64,000 nt of DNA from contig OZ247587.1 in the NCBI GenBank assembly GCA_965233865.1, positions 1,120,001-1,184,000 on the forward strand, in the 5' to 3' direction. The translations under genes and the position numbers were made by a program. Of the stretch, positions 49,043-58,463 are shown piece by piece. The notes beneath the pieces were generated by a model. The model ran no database searches and had not been told where the DNA came from. It saw nothing but the letters and a program-made list of their open reading frames with translations. Every line of letters begins with the position of its first letter. Position 1 is the first letter of the stretch. Source of the DNA: Candidatus Neptunichlamydia sp. Its GTDB lineage: Bacteria; Chlamydiota; Chlamydiia; Chlamydiales; Simkaniaceae.

Positions 49043-49819
49043 TTAAAACTTGATTTCTGCTATTAAAGTGATGGATTGTTCATCGATAAGGCGTGCTTCT
49101 ACAGTGGCTCCGAAGCGATTTCCTGATGAAAGTGTGGTTCCAATTACCATGCCAAACTTTCGTCGATTTTTTGTTTTAAAATGGCAACCGGTTGGAAGGA
49201 ATCCAGGAGGAAGGTGCTTAAATATTGCACCAGCACTGGACCATTTAGCCCCTATATAGGGGCTAAACATATCGATTTGATACGATGCTCCAAGCCCAAT
49301 TTGCCACTCATGAAATACAACCTTAGAGCCTGCTTTTGGATTAACAAGCACCCCATTTGAAGTGATCCACTTTATATTGGGCTGCGCCCGCTGGTAACAC
49401 CCATTGATTCCAAAAGAAAGGCCTTTCCAATCATAAAAATTTCCCCGAAGGCCGGCTCCCCACATAAACTGATCATGCGTTTGGTATTCTTGGCGCAGAC
49501 CAGATCCAGAAAGGCGATTAGATGCAGAAATGCACCCTGCCCCTGCTGAGCCATACAGCTCAATCCGGTTGATAAGATTTACCGTGAGTACACCTTGGTC
49601 TGCAACATATTCAAACGTATCAAGGCACCCCGAAATCCTTGAAACCGCTTTCATATTCCGATCAAAAACCCAATCTCTTTGATACCCTGCTTTCACAGCA
49701 AACCAATTTTCTTTGCAAAAGAAAAAACCCTCCTCAATGCTCTGAGGAGCAGAGGGGTTTCCCATGTAAAGACTCAAAAGAGGTTTTGTTAAAATGAGGA
49801 GGAAAATCCATTTCTTCAT
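49043..49819 (-). CDS. MOMP/PorB-family chlamydial porin-like protein
   Basis: LYMGNPSAP, GYQRDWVFDR, HEWQIGLGASY, PYIGAKWS and VEARLIDE..IKF. Confidence 0.85.
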   Translation of the reverse strand: MKKWIFLLILTKPLLSLYMGNPSAPQSIEEGFFFCKENWFAVKAGYQRDWVFDRNMKAVSRISGCLDTFEYVADQGVLTVNLINRIELYGSAGAGCISASNRLSGSGLRQEYQTHDQFMWGAGLRGNFYDWKGLSFGINGCYQRAQPNIKWITSNGVLVNPKAGSKVVFHEWQIGLGASYQIDMFSPYIGAKWSSAGAIFKHLPPGFLPTGCHFKTKNRRKFGMVIGTTLSSGNRFGATVEARLIDEQSITLIAEIKF

Positions 49820-49827
49820 ATTGGCAG

Positions 49828-49856
49828 ATCATAAAAAAAATGAATTGTTATTGCAA
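49828..49856 (-). promoter_or_regulatory. Putative sigma66 promoter of the MOMP-like gene
   Basis: On the minus strand TTGCAA-N17-TATGAT, 8 nt before ATG 49819. Confidence 0.55.
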
Positions 49857-49927
49857 CTAGAACCTTAAAGAGCCCGAGAGTGGAATAGCTTTTCCCCAAC
49901 CACACAAGACTCTAATTTGTTTCCTTA

Positions 49928-51562
49928 TTATGTCGACTTCATTTTTTCTACAGTACGAATTTCATGACCTAAGCGGCCCAGTTCATATCCCTCGTAGTCA
50001 ACAAATTTAAAAAAGCGTTCGTATTCTGGAAAGGCATGAGAAACTTGCTTTGCCATTTCCTGAGCAACATAGCGATACATGGGGTGTCCCGCAGGAGAAG
50101 ACCTGAGTTCACACATCCACTGCAAAGCGCGCAGGTTAATATGAAAATACCAATGGATGTTATAAGCCATCGGGACTACGTATTGCGCTTCTTCGGGAAG
50201 CTCACCTGAAATCTCATCATAAACTTCTCTTGCTCTTTCCATTGCTTCTCGGTAGTCTTTTTCCATTTCAGTATCGAGGATTTCTTTAGGAACATAATAG
50301 CCATGGTTACAGGTAAGAAATTGTCTTTCTTGAGTGAGTGTACGATGGCGCTGAAGATCGCGATAAATTCCATAATCAGCAACAATCTCGAAAGTAAACT
50401 CTGCATGTTCTAATGCCCGAGGGGATTTATGACGACGATTTTGTCTAAAAGCAGAAGCGGCATCAAAAATTCGAGACAGATCCTCCTTTGAAAGCTTCTT
50501 GCACATCTCCTGAAGCTCCATCAAACCACAATCAGATTGGTTAAATAGCAAGGCAGCCGCAACTTTAATAGGGCTCTCCTGATCAAAGTTTACAAGACGA
50601 ACTATCGGCTGGTTTAAGGGCTGGATCGAACCAGTATACTGGTCCCTCATCATGGCAATTTCTTCATTCATCTTTTCATGAAACTCTGCGTATGCATTTT
50701 GGTGTTTGTGGCTCAGATCAGCCCGCCGGACAAAGGAAGGAATCACTTTCGAGAGTTCTTGATGAGAGGTCCTGGCAACTTCCTGAAGTTCGGTTAAGTT
50801 GTGGCAGTTAAGCTTTTGAATGAGTGTTTCAAAAAAACGCCCATTCCCATAAACACCCATATTTGTCAGAGCACTTGCTGGAAGAAGCCCTCTCAAACAA
50901 TCAAGCACTTTAGCTCTTAAGGCTGCAGTATAAGCCACCTTGGAAACATCGTGCTCTTTGGGAAATTCTTTTTCCATCTGCTCTGTTAATGGAGGAATAA
51001 GCTTGCCATAAATTTCAAAGAGGTGGTTACACATATCGACAAAGCGGTCACGATAGGCAGAAGTCATTAAGATAGGTTCCCTATAAAATAGGTATTCCCC
51101 TTCGTATTTCTGATCAAAATAGATGTAACGTGTCGATTTTTCTAGAGGAGATCCCCCAAGCCGAGAGTCTTCAATAATTTTTGCAGCAATCATCGAAACA
51201 TTTTCAATGGCAAGATGCGCTCCTCCAAGTTCCCCAATAGAGTCATCTCCGTACCCATCAAGGATACGGTCATAAAAATTTTGCGCTTTCTTAATCGCTA
51301 TGCTCTGATCTTCAAGCTCATTGTCAAATTTGTCCTCTTTCTGACCAGAAATAGTCAAAAATTCCGTTTCTTCGTTCAAAATAAATTCTTTCAAAAGAAG
51401 AGAGCGCAAACCTAGGCTTGATCTTGAATAACGGGAAAAAAGGGCGCCTTTAATAACCTCTGGGAGGTTACGGAGACAAAAAATATGACTGGATGTACTC
51501 GTCACATATTTTTTGATGATTTTTAGCTGTGATTCACTAAATTCCTCATAATCATTCAACAT
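49928..51562 (-). CDS. thyX: FAD-dependent thymidylate synthase, tandem-domain chlamydial type
   Basis: GYGDDSIGEL, LEKSTRY, RGLLP and RDLQRHR..QERQ; two ThyX-like halves. Confidence 0.9.
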   Translation of the reverse strand: MLNDYEEFSESQLKIIKKYVTSTSSHIFCLRNLPEVIKGALFSRYSRSSLGLRSLLLKEFILNEETEFLTISGQKEDKFDNELEDQSIAIKKAQNFYDRILDGYGDDSIGELGGAHLAIENVSMIAAKIIEDSRLGGSPLEKSTRYIYFDQKYEGEYLFYREPILMTSAYRDRFVDMCNHLFEIYGKLIPPLTEQMEKEFPKEHDVSKVAYTAALRAKVLDCLRGLLPASALTNMGVYGNGRFFETLIQKLNCHNLTELQEVARTSHQELSKVIPSFVRRADLSHKHQNAYAEFHEKMNEEIAMMRDQYTGSIQPLNQPIVRLVNFDQESPIKVAAALLFNQSDCGLMELQEMCKKLSKEDLSRIFDAASAFRQNRRHKSPRALEHAEFTFEIVADYGIYRDLQRHRTLTQERQFLTCNHGYYVPKEILDTEMEKDYREAMERAREVYDEISGELPEEAQYVVPMAYNIHWYFHINLRALQWMCELRSSPAGHPMYRYVAQEMAKQVSHAFPEYERFFKFVDYEGYELGRLGHEIRTVEKMKST

Positions 51563-51701
51563 GCGGGAGCTCCAAGGTTGCACGTATCCAAAAAAAAAGA
51601 GTCTATCTTTTTCTCCTTTTTTTGGTAACCTTTTTCAAAACCCACATTTTGCATCGGAGGTGCTAGATGCAGATGGATAGCAACTCGGCAAAAGGTAAAG
51701 T

Positions 51702-52961
51702 ATGAAGGTCGTAATTATAGGTGGTGGAATTGTCGGACTCGCTACGGCTCACGCTTTAATAGAAAAGTTTCCGGATTTTGGAATAACACTTCTAGAAAAA
51801 GAGCCAACGCTAGCTGCTCATCAAACCGGAAACAATAGTGGAGTAGTCCACTCCGGGATCTATTACAAACCGGAATCGCTGAAAGCAAAAAACTGCTTGG
51901 ACGGGAAGAAGAAACTTCTAGAGTTTTGCAATAAACATGACGTTCCCTATGAGCAGCGCAAAAAGGTTTTAATTGCAACGCAGGAGAAGGAACTTCCGAC
52001 ACTTAAAGAACTCAAACGACGGGGAGATGCAAACGGCATAAAGGTCGAAGAAATCTCATCTGAAGAACTTAAAGAGATAGAACCCCACGCCGCAGGCCTC
52101 AAGGCGCTCTTCGTTCCAGAATGTCAAATCATCGACTATAAGCAGGTCGCTATGGCCCTTGCAAAAAACTTCGAAAAAAAAGGTGGAGTTATTCGAACAA
52201 ATGAACAGGTGGAGCACCTCCACTTTTCTTTTCCCCGGTGGATTATCGAAACAAGTCAAAAAACAGAAAGGTGCGATTTTGTGATTAACTGCGCAGGCCT
52301 TTACTCTGATAGAATTGCTAGAATGGCTCTCCCCGATAGAAAAATCTCTTGTCAAATTCTCCCCTTCCGAGGAGAGCACTATATTCTGAAAAAGAATTCT
52401 CTGGTCAAGGGCTTGATCTATCCTGTTCCAAACCTTAAACTTCCTTTCTTGGGAGTTCACCTGACACATATGATCGATGGAAGGGCGGAAGCTGGGCCTA
52501 ATGTTGTTCTTGCTACAGCTCGAGAAGGGTATAGAAAGTCAAATTTTGTGATGCATGAGTTTGCAGAAACAATGTCATACCCTGGTTTTTGGAAGCTCAG
52601 CATGAAATATTGGAAAACAGGAATGTATGAAATGTATCGTTCGGTAAGCAAAAAAGCATTCACAAAAAGCATACAGAGGCTTGTTCCTGAAATTCAAGCA
52701 GAGGACCTAATGGATGGTGGAAGAGGTGTTCGTGCACAAGCCATTCGTCCTGATGGAAAGTTAGTTGATGATTTTCTCATTTTGCAAGATGAAAATTCGC
52801 TGCATATCCTTAATGCACCTTCTTCTGCTGCAACATCTTCGCTTTCTATTGGCCAAATTATTGTTGGGATGCTAGACTTCGCAGAATGCTCCCACAGACA
52901 AAGTACAACATTGCAAAAAGACCCCGTAGAAACAGAGCCTCCGCTGCAATCCGTGCCTTGA
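51702..52961 (+). CDS. lhgO: L-2-hydroxyglutarate oxidase
   Basis: GGGIVGLA, HQTGNNSGVVHSGIYY, PFRGE, PFLGVH, GVRAQA and NAPSSAATSSL. Confidence 0.9.
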   Translation: MKVVIIGGGIVGLATAHALIEKFPDFGITLLEKEPTLAAHQTGNNSGVVHSGIYYKPESLKAKNCLDGKKKLLEFCNKHDVPYEQRKKVLIATQEKELPTLKELKRRGDANGIKVEEISSEELKEIEPHAAGLKALFVPECQIIDYKQVAMALAKNFEKKGGVIRTNEQVEHLHFSFPRWIIETSQKTERCDFVINCAGLYSDRIARMALPDRKISCQILPFRGEHYILKKNSLVKGLIYPVPNLKLPFLGVHLTHMIDGRAEAGPNVVLATAREGYRKSNFVMHEFAETMSYPGFWKLSMKYWKTGMYEMYRSVSKKAFTKSIQRLVPEIQAEDLMDGGRGVRAQAIRPDGKLVDDFLILQDENSLHILNAPSSAATSSLSIGQIIVGMLDFAECSHRQSTTLQKDPVETEPPLQSVP

Positions 52962-53866
52962 GCGCTGAAACAGTCTTGTGTGCTTCAGACTTAATCGTTC
53001 CATTCTTCATAGTTGAAGGGAAGGGGGCTAGGGAACCTATTGAATCAATGCCAGGGATCTACCGCCTTTCAATAGACCTCTTAATGAAGGAGGCGGGGGT
53101 TCTCCACGCCCAGGGAATCCCAGCAGTTGCCCTATTCCCGGCAATCGACTCCTTATTAAAGGATGAAGAAGGAAGTGAAGGGTGGAATCCAGACTCTTTA
53201 ATCACGCGAGCAATTCAAGCTCTTAAAAAAGAGATTCCTGGCTTGTGCGTAATTGCGGATGTGGCTCTTGATCCCTTTACATCTCATGGGCATGATGGAA
53301 TCATTAGCAACGGTCTAGTTGATAATGATTTAACCTTAGAGTCCCTTATTAAACAGGCGCTTTGTTACTCAGAGGCAGGGTGTGATATTGTGGCACCAAG
53401 CGACATGATGGATGGCCGCATTGGAGTCATTCGAAAAGCTCTAGACGACAAGGTAGGAATTCTCTCATATACAGCTAAGTATGCTTCAGCATTTTATGGC
53501 CCCTTTCGCGATGCGATTGGAACAAGTTTATCTTTTGGAGACAAAAAAACCTACCAGATGAATCCAGCCAATCGGCGTGAAGCACTGCGCGAAGCCCTTC
53601 TAGATGAGGAAGAAGGAGCAGATATGCTAATGGTTAAGCCTGCTCTCCCCTATCTTGATGTTTTAATGGAGATTAAGAAAAAAACCTCTCTCCCTGTTGG
53701 AGCTTATCATGTTAGTGGAGAATATGCGATGGTGATGGCCGCTGCTAAAAAAGGTTACCTCAATGCAGAGCAAACTCTCTACGAATCGCTTATCTCAATA
53801 AAACGAGCGGGTGCTGACTTCATTTTCACCTACGCTGCACCTCAGGTCCTCGCTTTACTAAATTAA
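52886..53866 (+). CDS. hemB: Porphobilinogen synthase (Asp-rich, non-Zn type)
   Basis: RPRRNR, DVALDPFTSHGHDG, APSDMMDGRI, MVKPALPYLD and YHVSGEYAM. Confidence 0.96.
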   Translation: MLPQTKYNIAKRPRRNRASAAIRALSAETVLCASDLIVPFFIVEGKGAREPIESMPGIYRLSIDLLMKEAGVLHAQGIPAVALFPAIDSLLKDEEGSEGWNPDSLITRAIQALKKEIPGLCVIADVALDPFTSHGHDGIISNGLVDNDLTLESLIKQALCYSEAGCDIVAPSDMMDGRIGVIRKALDDKVGILSYTAKYASAFYGPFRDAIGTSLSFGDKKTYQMNPANRREALREALLDEEEGADMLMVKPALPYLDVLMEIKKKTSLPVGAYHVSGEYAMVMAAAKKGYLNAEQTLYESLISIKRAGADFIFTYAAPQVLALLN

Positions 53867-53953
53867 TCATCTGTGACACTATTTAACTAAGAGACTGTGC
53901 ACTTTTGCTCGCTTAGTCTCTATATGTGATATAATCAATTGGGGGGAGCCATC

Positions 53954-54373
53954 ATGATTGAAAATGGAAAGCAAGTCGCTATCGAATATAGCGTGTTTTC
54001 AGATGACAACACACAAATCGATACCAACGTGGGGAAGGATCCTCTTGTGTTCCTTTTTGGATCACACCAGATTTTGCCTGCTCTTGAGGAGGCATTAAGA
54101 GGACTTGAAGTCGGTGATAATAAAAAAGTCATCCTAAACCCAGACTGTGCTTACGGGGACATTAATCCTCATGCATATAAGAAGGTTGAGTCTAAGCTGA
54201 TTCCTGAAGATCTTCGATTTAAAGGGGCCCTCTTGGTTGTTTCTGACGAGCAATTTGGGGAAATGTTGATCCGTGTTGACAGTTTAGATGAAGAGCAGGT
54301 TGTGCTCGACTTTAACCATCCTCTTGCTGGAAAGATATTGAAGTTTGATGTAAAGGTGCTTGACATCTCTTAA
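53954..54373 (+). CDS. FKBP-type peptidyl-prolyl isomerase (SlyD/SlpA-like, no His-rich tail)
   Basis: PLVFLFG..ILPALEEAL, AYG and DFNHPLAGK; G-rich SD; TGnTATAAT at 53927-53935. Confidence 0.88.
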   Translation: MIENGKQVAIEYSVFSDDNTQIDTNVGKDPLVFLFGSHQILPALEEALRGLEVGDNKKVILNPDCAYGDINPHAYKKVESKLIPEDLRFKGALLVVSDEQFGEMLIRVDSLDEEQVVLDFNHPLAGKILKFDVKVLDIS

Positions 54374-54392
54374 ATAGAATCGCCACGAGAGG

Positions 54393-54421
54393 GGTACTTA
54401 GGAAGGGCCTTCCTAAGTACC
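54393..54421. terminator. 29-bp near-perfect palindrome between convergent genes; probable bidirectional terminator
   Basis: GGTACTTAGGAAGG-G-CCTTCCTAAGTACC. Confidence 0.6.
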
Positions 54422-54505
54422 GAAATTTTTCACAGGAGATTCTTATAGATAAAGTGGTTTAAATTTAAACCGCTATAAGGAACAAGCACCTCGTAACAAC
54501 ACCAT

Positions 54506-56647
54506 CTAGTATATAGAGGATTCTCTCTCTTCTTGCAGTGGTGGATAGAGTCTTTTTCCCGTGACAGCCCTTGCTCCTGTATCGCGGAGCCAAACCGAAA
54601 GAGCATAAGGAACAAAGGTTCTACTGCTTTTCTTCAGAAAGAAGTCCAGAGGGATCACAAATGCGATCCCTTTGTCCCGATAGCGACTCCAGTTCACGAC
54701 ATCATAGGCACTTGTCATTGCGTACCAAACTGAAAAGCGGAATCCACTAGGGAAATAGCGCCCCAATTCGAAGCGCGCTCCAACATCACGAGCTAAAAAT
54801 TTCCCAACACTCACCTTCAAATCGATCTGCAGCGGCTTGATATCATAATATAGATCGAGAAAGTATTGAAACCCAATAAAATGTACAAATTTAGGAGTAA
54901 ATCCGACAAACTTCCTAACCTTAGTCGTAAACCCAAGTCCATGATAATTTCGTTTAAGAACTCCTGCAGCCTCAACTCCAATCGCCCAATTCGAACCAAC
55001 AGGATAATAAAGAAACTCAGCGGCAAGTCCTGCATAAGCAGGCTCAAAATATCCTGTTGAAACGCGCCCATACCACCCCTTATTGATGTAAAATCCCCGT
55101 TGGATATAGGCCTGTTCAAGAGTAACTGAGTTTGTTTGAAAGTGCTTCACGCTGTCGGATCGGACATTGAGGATTTGAGAAGGATTAAGCATGTCCATAT
55201 CCCCCACATCTGAAATACTTGATTTGATGTTATAGCCGCCCTGAATTTTATAATAAAGCCGGTCAAAGAGATACCCCTCAGGCCCTGCAACAATACCAGC
55301 ACTATATTTAAATTTCCCTGTTGCACTCCCAAAAAAGGTTAAAAGGCGAGGGCGGATAGTAAAGGTCCAAACCCCTTTCGATCGATGATACAGGAGCGAC
55401 CCTTCATATGAATTGGGGGGCGTTGATGGTTCTCGCATCGGCGATAGGAGTTGGAACTCAAAGTCCCCAATCACCCCTTCTCTTAATTTTTCTAGATCAA
55501 CCGTGCGGAATTGGTATTCATGCGTAGGAATCCCATCAGCTTCCACCAATACGGTTACTGAATCAATATTCGAGGGCGTTAACGCAGCAAGAACTGACTC
55601 GATCCGATGTTTAAGATCCCTCTCTTTGCGGTACCGAATATTGATCATTTTAATCCAAAGAGAGCGTTCTTTCTCTCTCTCAGTATTAATGTAAACCCGA
55701 TAGACATTAAGATTTTGTCCTGCAAAAGCAAGAGCAAGTTCACTAGAAAGTTCTCTTTCGGAACGAAGGTATCCTAACGACTCTATATCAAGAGGAGTTC
55801 GGTAAATGGAAGGATCATCCACTTTAGGAAAAAACCCTGTTGTGTCCCCCAGGTTGTAATTAAGCGAAACCGAAGAAGCCACCTTTTCCCCTCGGATAGA
55901 ACTCACACTGAGCTGCAATACATCAAAGAAAGTTGTCGTAAGCCCAACATTCACACGAGACTTCACACCTCTTCCTTCGGGATGTTCGTGAACATGATTT
56001 TCATAATCAGTTGCATCCCATTCAGCAAGAAGCGCAAGACGATTAATTCCTGGGAGTCGACTTCTGCGAAAGGGAGTCCACCCAACACCCCCAAACCATC
56101 CTTTTATTCTCCCCTTTCCCCAGCCAATAGTTGTCTCAAAGTTGTAGTCAAGAAATTCCTTTGTTGCCGCAACATAGAAAGAATGAAACCTTTTGGTCCC
56201 ATAAAAATCCTCCATTCCCACTGAAATTTCAGGAAAGTAAGCAAGCCCATCTTCCTTCTTAAGCATAGCAATCTTAACATTCGCACCTCGATCTGTAAAA
56301 TCTCCAAACCCTAAATCTCCCATGGCAGGGTCCGGGACCCCTATATAGGTGGTGTAGTTCACTCCAAACTCCAAACGTTCAAGCGCTTGAATCGCGGAAG
56401 CATAATTTCTATATGGGGGCACATAAGCGAATCCTATCGCAGCAGCCCCTGCTTCATTCATTCGGGCAGAAGGCATCGAAAAATACCCTCCCATCAAAGA
56501 ATAATTATAATGGTAGGGGAGACGGTCATTAATTTCCTCATTGACTTCCTTAATCAGGCTAAGGTCTCTAAACAGCACAGAGATATCTTCTTCAGCAAAG
56601 AGAGAAAATATGAAGAACATAAGAATAGGACGGCACAAACCTTTCAA
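54506..56647 (-). CDS. YjbH-family outer-membrane protein
   Basis: GGYFSMPSARM, FHSFYVAATKE, TIGWG, GYFEPAYAG, GKFLARDVG and DKGIAFVIPLD. Confidence 0.8.
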   Translation of the reverse strand: MKGLCRPILMFFIFSLFAEEDISVLFRDLSLIKEVNEEINDRLPYHYNYSLMGGYFSMPSARMNEAGAAAIGFAYVPPYRNYASAIQALERLEFGVNYTTYIGVPDPAMGDLGFGDFTDRGANVKIAMLKKEDGLAYFPEISVGMEDFYGTKRFHSFYVAATKEFLDYNFETTIGWGKGRIKGWFGGVGWTPFRRSRLPGINRLALLAEWDATDYENHVHEHPEGRGVKSRVNVGLTTTFFDVLQLSVSSIRGEKVASSVSLNYNLGDTTGFFPKVDDPSIYRTPLDIESLGYLRSERELSSELALAFAGQNLNVYRVYINTEREKERSLWIKMINIRYRKERDLKHRIESVLAALTPSNIDSVTVLVEADGIPTHEYQFRTVDLEKLREGVIGDFEFQLLSPMREPSTPPNSYEGSLLYHRSKGVWTFTIRPRLLTFFGSATGKFKYSAGIVAGPEGYLFDRLYYKIQGGYNIKSSISDVGDMDMLNPSQILNVRSDSVKHFQTNSVTLEQAYIQRGFYINKGWYGRVSTGYFEPAYAGLAAEFLYYPVGSNWAIGVEAAGVLKRNYHGLGFTTKVRKFVGFTPKFVHFIGFQYFLDLYYDIKPLQIDLKVSVGKFLARDVGARFELGRYFPSGFRFSVWYAMTSAYDVVNWSRYRDKGIAFVIPLDFFLKKSSRTFVPYALSVWLRDTGARAVTGKRLYPPLQEERESSIY

Positions 56648-56833
56648 AGGTAAAAACTATGTTGGTTTAAAAGTTATTTAATTTCGCAATTATTGAAGAT
56701 AAAATCAAGATTAATATGAATTGGCAAAAAATATTTTTAACTATTTAATAAAAATCCGTTTTTCATTATCATTCAGAAATTAATTAGAGACAAAAAATTT
56801 AGAAAACAAATATAAAAATTTTTAGGTATTATT

Positions 56834-57022
56834 ATGGAAATCAATGACGATGTTGAAACCAGCGAAATAGATCAAACTACTCTTCTAAAAATAGCAACAA
56901 GTAATAACAATGAAGCAGATCAAAAAGAGCTGTATCTTGAGCACCTAAGAATAATTACTGCAAAGGTTATCGAGTCTCAAGAAAAAGAATTCAGTCAGCT
57001 TTCTTCGGAGATCAAAGCCTAA
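56834..57022 (+). CDS. Small hypothetical protein (62 aa) after a very AT-rich spacer
   Basis: ATG with AGG upstream; acidic, helical composition; no recognisable motif. Confidence 0.3.
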   Translation: MEINDDVETSEIDQTTLLKIATSNNNEADQKELYLEHLRIITAKVIESQEKEFSQLSSEIKA

Positions 57023-58293
57023 TTATCAAGATATTGCAAGGCGTAAGCTTTCAGACCTTCCTTCACAATTTCTGTCATCTCAATTTTAGAGGGACAAAGA
57101 TAAGTCGGAAGGGCAAAATCTTCTGGGTGAACACCCAATAAACCCAAAGCTTCTCCTTTTTCATACTCTTTAGTCAAAAGCATTTTTACAAGCAGCATTG
57201 TTTCGATAGGAAGGGGCATGACACGATCATAAATAGCTCCATCAACAAAGGCTCTTTCTTCTCCATGCATAAGTGTAGAAAGAGTTGCTGTCTTCCTCCG
57301 AAACAAGTAGGCTTTAGAAGCAGTGTACCCCTTGCGATTGAGTTTTAGAAAATGCAGAAACTCCCGCTTTTCTTTCGACTCTAGGAGGGAGCAAACAGTA
57401 TGATGATAAAAACCTAGATAACCTTTAGGGCCTACTTCTACGCCCATAAGCGGGTCTCCAGATATGACTCGGCCTCCCTCTCCGTCTATAAGATCTGCAA
57501 GAGGCGTCCCTGAGTGGACTTGATAAAACCCTCCCTTATCTCCAGCAACACTTATGATCCGCTGCGTATGATAAACCCCTTCGAGCTTCCATCTGCCGAT
57601 AGCAATGACATCCACAATGTTGAGTGTCCATATGATTTGATCATTCATCGTAATGGGGTGGATTGCAGCAATGTGAACCGAGTGATTGCCGATAGGATGA
57701 GGCCCTGAAGCAATATGCACCTGTGCATCAAAGCTGGAGAATGCGCCGCTCCCTTCTCTGCAGGTTAGATGAACAGGAGCAAACTCCTTAAGTGTTTTGA
57801 TCCCTTCTCTAAAGAAATCTTCGTACCCTTTGAGTTGGATCTCCGGCGGTGGGGCAAAGGGAGCTGATTCAATTGCTTTTACAAAGATTGCTTCAGGCTT
57901 TTGATCGGGGCGGGCAATACGAAGTCCTGGGCGCACCTGGATATGTGGCGCAAGCCCTGCCTCGAATAACGTCTCTTTTTTTCTCTCAAAAAGGATCTGT
58001 TTTTGATCCGTTTCAATAACAACAGACAGAAGTCGACGCTTCAATCCTCTGACAACCTCTTTGACTACCCCAGATGAGGGAGAAACAAAAAGACGTTTAG
58101 GGCATTTTTTATCGTAGGCAAGAGGCTCCCCAACTCTGACAAACTCCCCCTTTTTTTTAATCAATTTGAAAAGAGTTGTTTCAAAAGGGCTGAGGTCAAG
58201 GGCCAAGCGATTAGAAAAAGGAATAGATTGAACTTCTCCTGTCGGTTCTCCAAGAAGAGGAATATCTAAACCTTTTTTAATTTTTATTTTCAT
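57019..58293 (-). CDS. nqrA: Na(+)-translocating NADH-quinone reductase subunit A
   Basis: IKIKKGLDIPLLGEP, SGPHPIGN, RVISGDPLMG and EDFALPTYLCPSKIE. Confidence 0.93.
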   Translation of the reverse strand: MKIKIKKGLDIPLLGEPTGEVQSIPFSNRLALDLSPFETTLFKLIKKKGEFVRVGEPLAYDKKCPKRLFVSPSSGVVKEVVRGLKRRLLSVVIETDQKQILFERKKETLFEAGLAPHIQVRPGLRIARPDQKPEAIFVKAIESAPFAPPPEIQLKGYEDFFREGIKTLKEFAPVHLTCREGSGAFSSFDAQVHIASGPHPIGNHSVHIAAIHPITMNDQIIWTLNIVDVIAIGRWKLEGVYHTQRIISVAGDKGGFYQVHSGTPLADLIDGEGGRVISGDPLMGVEVGPKGYLGFYHHTVCSLLESKEKREFLHFLKLNRKGYTASKAYLFRRKTATLSTLMHGEERAFVDGAIYDRVMPLPIETMLLVKMLLTKEYEKGEALGLLGVHPEDFALPTYLCPSKIEMTEIVKEGLKAYALQYLDN

Positions 58294-58463
58294 CTGGCCT
58301 CATCTTAATCAAATCCATTCGTTTCTGCTAATAAAATTTTATAAATGAATCCAAAAACACAGTTTTGATTCACCCCTTTTATAGGCAATATAAGTTCTGA
58401 ATTGAAGTTAATTAGCTAAATTTTTATACTCTTTCTCAACGCAGTGAAAAGGATTCCCAATTT

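Noticed and set aside
49928..51562. Double-length ThyX
   Set aside because: Known chlamydial form.
52886..52961. 76-bp lhgO/hemB overlap
   Set aside because: Most simply a stop-codon loss extending the LhgO tail; both proteins are otherwise normal.
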